DNA of 64,000 bases from Selaginella moellendorffii (Eukaryota > Plantae > Lycopodiophyta), in the NCBI RefSeq assembly GCF_000143415.4, contig NW_003314351.1:183490-247489 (forward strand), read 5' to 3'. The notes beneath the pieces were generated by a model, which worked only from the letters and a program-made list of their open reading frames with translations, ran no database searches and was not told the origin of the DNA. The position numbers and the translations under genes are program-made. Below are positions 60,645-64,000 of this stretch, piece after piece; position 1 is the stretch's first letter, and each line of letters starts with the position of its first letter.

Positions 60645-61508
60645 ATGCTTGGAACAAGAGGAAGAGCGAGCAGCAAGAGGCAACGAGTCTGCTGTTTCAA
60701 GAGCATGGGAGTGTTTGATGCTCTGGCCGATGATCTGGTGCTCGACATACTGTCTCGCCTCGACCCAGCAGCTATAATCCTTAAAGCCGGGCGCGTCTGC
60801 AAGCGATGGCATCGCCTTGCACACTCGCAGGAGCTTGTGGCTCGCAAAACTGCCAAAGATCCAGATCCAGAGCCAGAGCCATGGGTTGTGCTACAAGTTG
60901 GCCAGCGCTTGCTCTGGTATACTTCACTGGACGCTATCCTCAAAGACCATGGCAGGGAGCTTGATCATGGCTCCTTCTCCGTCGGTCCAGCGGGACACAG
61001 GTTTGCTTTCGTGGCGTGCTCGCTGGGGCTCGTGTGTGGGAGGCTGGAGGATCTGGACGAGGCTGGCGGCGAGGCCATGACTTTAGCTGTTGGAAATCCA
61101 CTCACGAATGCGTGGAGAGTTCTTCCCCGGATCGATGTCAAGGAGGAGCCGTGCAGATACCTGATGATAGTCAAGAGGTCGGGGCATTACCATGTGGCTG
61201 TAGTATTTGAGGAGTTCGTCATGGATTATCATTCCAAGTCGAAGGATTGGAAAGCTCGTCCTTCTCGCACAAAGGAGAGGGAGCTATTCTTTACGGGATG
61301 GAGGCTTACACCCAAGTTTGTATCGGAAGAGCTCCAACACAGGTTTGTATTGTGCGTGAAAAGATGTTCGATGAAAGTATTGAGTATCACCTTGAGGAGC
61401 GACCAACTTATTCAATCGTACTGGGGTGTGTTTGCCCAGGCAAGTGTTTTGATGGAGGGAGTAAGCGACATAGCCATTGCGTTCGTTCCTACGCTTGCAG
61501 TGCCATGA
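60645..61508 (+). CDS. F-box protein (intronless)
   Basis: F-box LADDLVLDILSRLDP...AGRVCKRW, with FVACSLGLVC and VGNPLTNAWRVLP motifs typical of plant F-box C-terminal regions. Confidence 0.82.
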   Translation: MLGTRGRASSKRQRVCCFKSMGVFDALADDLVLDILSRLDPAAIILKAGRVCKRWHRLAHSQELVARKTAKDPDPEPEPWVVLQVGQRLLWYTSLDAILKDHGRELDHGSFSVGPAGHRFAFVACSLGLVCGRLEDLDEAGGEAMTLAVGNPLTNAWRVLPRIDVKEEPCRYLMIVKRSGHYHVAVVFEEFVMDYHSKSKDWKARPSRTKERELFFTGWRLTPKFVSEELQHRFVLCVKRCSMKVLSITLRSDQLIQSYWGVFAQASVLMEGVSDIAIAFVPTLAVP

Positions 61509-61884
61509 CTAAAAAGACGAAGATTTTAAGAAAAAAAAAACACAGAAATCGATCTCTAGGAATGAATCATGAAAAAGGACTTACGTTCATTTTGTGAGGA
61601 ACGAATGACATTTCACTTTGTGAGCCTGAGAAATAAAAGAAAAGGAAAAAGAAAAACACATTAGAGAAAGAAACTACTTAAAATGCAAACCTTTGAACAA
61701 ACACGAAGAAACCTTCGTGGCCAGACCATCAAATTTTGCAAAACTCCTATACAGATCAAGAAAAACACAGAGCTAGATCAGTGGTCGAGCAAGGAAAAAA
61801 CGAGGAACAACCTGAGTTACTCGATCGATCTGGTGGAAACACGCTCGAGCAGCGTAAAAACCGAATTTTTTTCTCGGAGGGCGC

Positions 61885-63279
61885 TCAATCGACTGGGTGC
61901 TTGTCGTCGGCCTGCTTGGAAGTGTACTGCACGGCGAAGAGGAGGATCGAGAGGAGCGCGCTGACGACGAAGATGGCATCAAACCAGCGATGGTAGAAGT
62001 TGAACTGGATGTCGCCACCAAGCGCGTCGGTGATGATCGATCTGTACTCGCTGGCCAGGCTCTTCCGGATGAGAAGAATCGACGAGACGAAGTACATCCC
62101 CATGATCTCGGACAGGAACAAGACGAGGACGTTGCTGGAGGAGTTCCTGGCGCCGCCGCTGCTGGCGATCGAGAAGAACTTCATCAAGCTCTGGAGGAAT
62201 CCACGCAGCGACATGGCGATCATCATCCCCACGAACGCGAGGGAGACGTACTGCGACCAGAGAGCTACGTTGAAGTTGATGTGGAAGATCCGGAGAAAGA
62301 TGGCGATGGCGTTTGTGGCCGGATCCACGCTGCCCGTGTCGCGGAGGACGATGCTTTGGAGCGAGCGTAGCATCTTGTAGACGCAGTAGAGCGAGAGAGC
62401 GTATCCCCAAATGTTCTTGACGTGGCCCCTCCAAGTTCTCGAGTAGATCGCGGCTTGCTTGGCCTTCCTCAGCTCGAAAATGTCGAGAAAGAGCTGCCTG
62501 GAGAGCTCCTCCAATCCATTGATCTCCACCTCCAAGTTGTGGATCTGCTCGTCCTCGCTCACGGATCTCACCACCGTCCTCACAAGCCGGCTGAAAAAGC
62601 TCGTCGATTTGGCCTCGCCCTTGAGCAGCGATCTCCTCATCTCCGATTGAGCCAGGAGAATCCTCTTCTTCTTCTTGGCGATCCCCATCTCCAGCGCTTG
62701 CATGAGCTGTCGCTCTAGAGACGCGATATCGCTGTCCTGGATGTCGCGGATGAAGAGCGAGAGATAGCTGTAGGGGAGATCCACAGCTCCAAATCCGGCT
62801 AGAACAGCCATGACCGAGACCCCGATCACTCCCACCCGGCTCACCATCTGTGCAACCGTGAAGAATCCCTTGTCCGGCGATGGCATTGGGAAGTGGACGC
62901 CCATCCGCCAGAACGCGTAGAGGAATCCAAGCAAGAAGCACAATGCGGCTATGGCAGCCCTCTCCCGCCTGGATCCCTTGTTGCGAAAGACGAGATAGCA
63001 GTGGTAGTAGGGCAGCACGAATACCAGGAGCGCGACAATGCAGTAGAGATCCAGCTTCCAGTTGAGCCATCGCGCCTGGGGCGAGAGCAGCGGGACGATC
63101 TCGAAGAGGACGAGCTGCAAGAGATTGCAAGAGAGCGCGAACACGGCACCAAACAGGATCTGGACGAGCGCGCGGCGCTCCTCATATTCCCGGTAGAGCT
63201 TGCGATTGAGAAACCAGATCCCGGACCATCCCAGCAGGGCCAGCGATGCCGCCATCGCCAGGCCCTCCCACGCATTCAT
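61885..63279 (-). CDS. GTG1: GPCR-type G protein / Golgi pH regulator (GTG/GPR89), intronless, 464 aa
   Basis: [84 protein letters not shown] and [11 protein letters not shown]. Confidence 0.95.
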   Translation of the reverse strand: MNAWEGLAMAASLALLGWSGIWFLNRKLYREYEERRALVQILFGAVFALSCNLLQLVLFEIVPLLSPQARWLNWKLDLYCIVALLVFVLPYYHCYLVFRNKGSRRERAAIAALCFLLGFLYAFWRMGVHFPMPSPDKGFFTVAQMVSRVGVIGVSVMAVLAGFGAVDLPYSYLSLFIRDIQDSDIASLERQLMQALEMGIAKKKKRILLAQSEMRRSLLKGEAKSTSFFSRLVRTVVRSVSEDEQIHNLEVEINGLEELSRQLFLDIFELRKAKQAAIYSRTWRGHVKNIWGYALSLYCVYKMLRSLQSIVLRDTGSVDPATNAIAIFLRIFHINFNVALWSQYVSLAFVGMMIAMSLRGFLQSLMKFFSIASSGGARNSSSNVLVLFLSEIMGMYFVSSILLIRKSLASEYRSIITDALGGDIQFNFYHRWFDAIFVVSALLSILLFAVQYTSKQADDKHPVD

Positions 63280-63348
63280 CGCGAAACCTAGAAATATTTC
63301 TTTTAGGGTTCTTTAGAAAAAGAAATTTAGGGTTCTTAGATTTTGGCG

Positions 63349-64000
63349 ATGGTGGGAGTGGCCGCCGTGAAAGACGTGGGATTCCTCCTCGATCGTCTCC
63401 TGGATCCCAAGCAGCCGATCTCCGAGCGCTTCCGGGTGCTGTTCGCCATCAGGAATCACCACGGCGATGCATCTCGATCAGCGCTCATCGCCGCAATGCG
63501 CGATCCCTCCAATCTCCTGGCTCACGAGGCCGCATTCGCTCTAGGTCAGATGCAAGATCCAGTCTCCATCGCCGCACTACGCGAAATCCTCTGCGATGTC
63601 GACGGCGCGCACCCGATCGTCCGCCATGAGGCCGCCGAGGCGATGGGAGCGATCGGCGATCCCAGCTGCGTGGATCTCTTGAGGAGCGTATGGCGGAGCG
63701 ATCCAGCGCGGGAGGTCCGGGAGACTTGCGAGCTTGCTCTCCACAGAATCGAGATAAGTTCTTCCAATTCCAATCCCACGAACGAAGATCGAGTACCAAA
63801 GTTCTTGTCCGTGGATCCAATGCTACCAGCATCAGGCAAGCATTCTTTCTTCCTCCTTTCTCCTGGAATTCACCATGAAAACCTTTGTTCCAGGAGATTC
63901 AAGCACTTCCCAGCTCCGCCAGCTTCTTCTCGACGATTCTCTTCCAATGCACGAGAGGTACGCTGCGTTGTTTGCTCTACGCAACCGCGGAGATAGAGAA
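63349..64000 (+). CDS. DOHH: Deoxyhypusine hydroxylase, 3'-partial
   Basis: HEAT repeats with HE motifs ([28 protein letters not shown]), EVRETCELA and FLSVDP. After a GC-AG intron at 63836 the frame continues ...[11 protein letters not shown]. Confidence 0.92.

Overview
Gene-dense eukaryotic land-plant genomic DNA. Very short (~45-70 nt) GT-AG/GC-AG introns, tiny intergenic spacers and the style of the PLS-type PPR genes suggest the lycophyte Selaginella, but this is an inference. From 1-10.5 kb: TMEM18 (partial), an intronless alpha/beta-hydrolase-fold gene, an unknown Lys/Pro-rich protein, a small Gemin8-like gene, PHAX, a strongly diverged AUX1/LAX permease and a CYP71-clan P450. From 10.5-18.5 kb: an AT-rich, CpG-depleted island with a decayed LINE and decayed local duplicates. 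From 18.5-45.5 kb: a glyoxalase-I-like gene (missed by the ORF track), a PLATZ TF, a plastid SAM methyltransferase, a PPR-E gene, two tandem ZIFL MFS transporters, a neprosin, a TLDc protein, a P-class PPR, a bromodomain protein, V-ATPase subunit a and an intron-containing tRNA-Tyr. From 45.6-60.6 kb: a scrambled, re-duplicated mosaic of fragments of organellar topoisomerase IA, organellar Ile-tRNA synthetase, TWD40-2 and an LRR receptor-like gene, in both orientations. From 60.6-64 kb: an F-box gene, an intronless GTG/GPR89 and DOHH (partial). The most unusual items are the mosaic, the diverged AUX1/LAX, the neprosin without a pro-domain, the intronless GTG and several 40-130 bp intergenic spacers. 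All family calls come from recognised motifs; no database searches were run.
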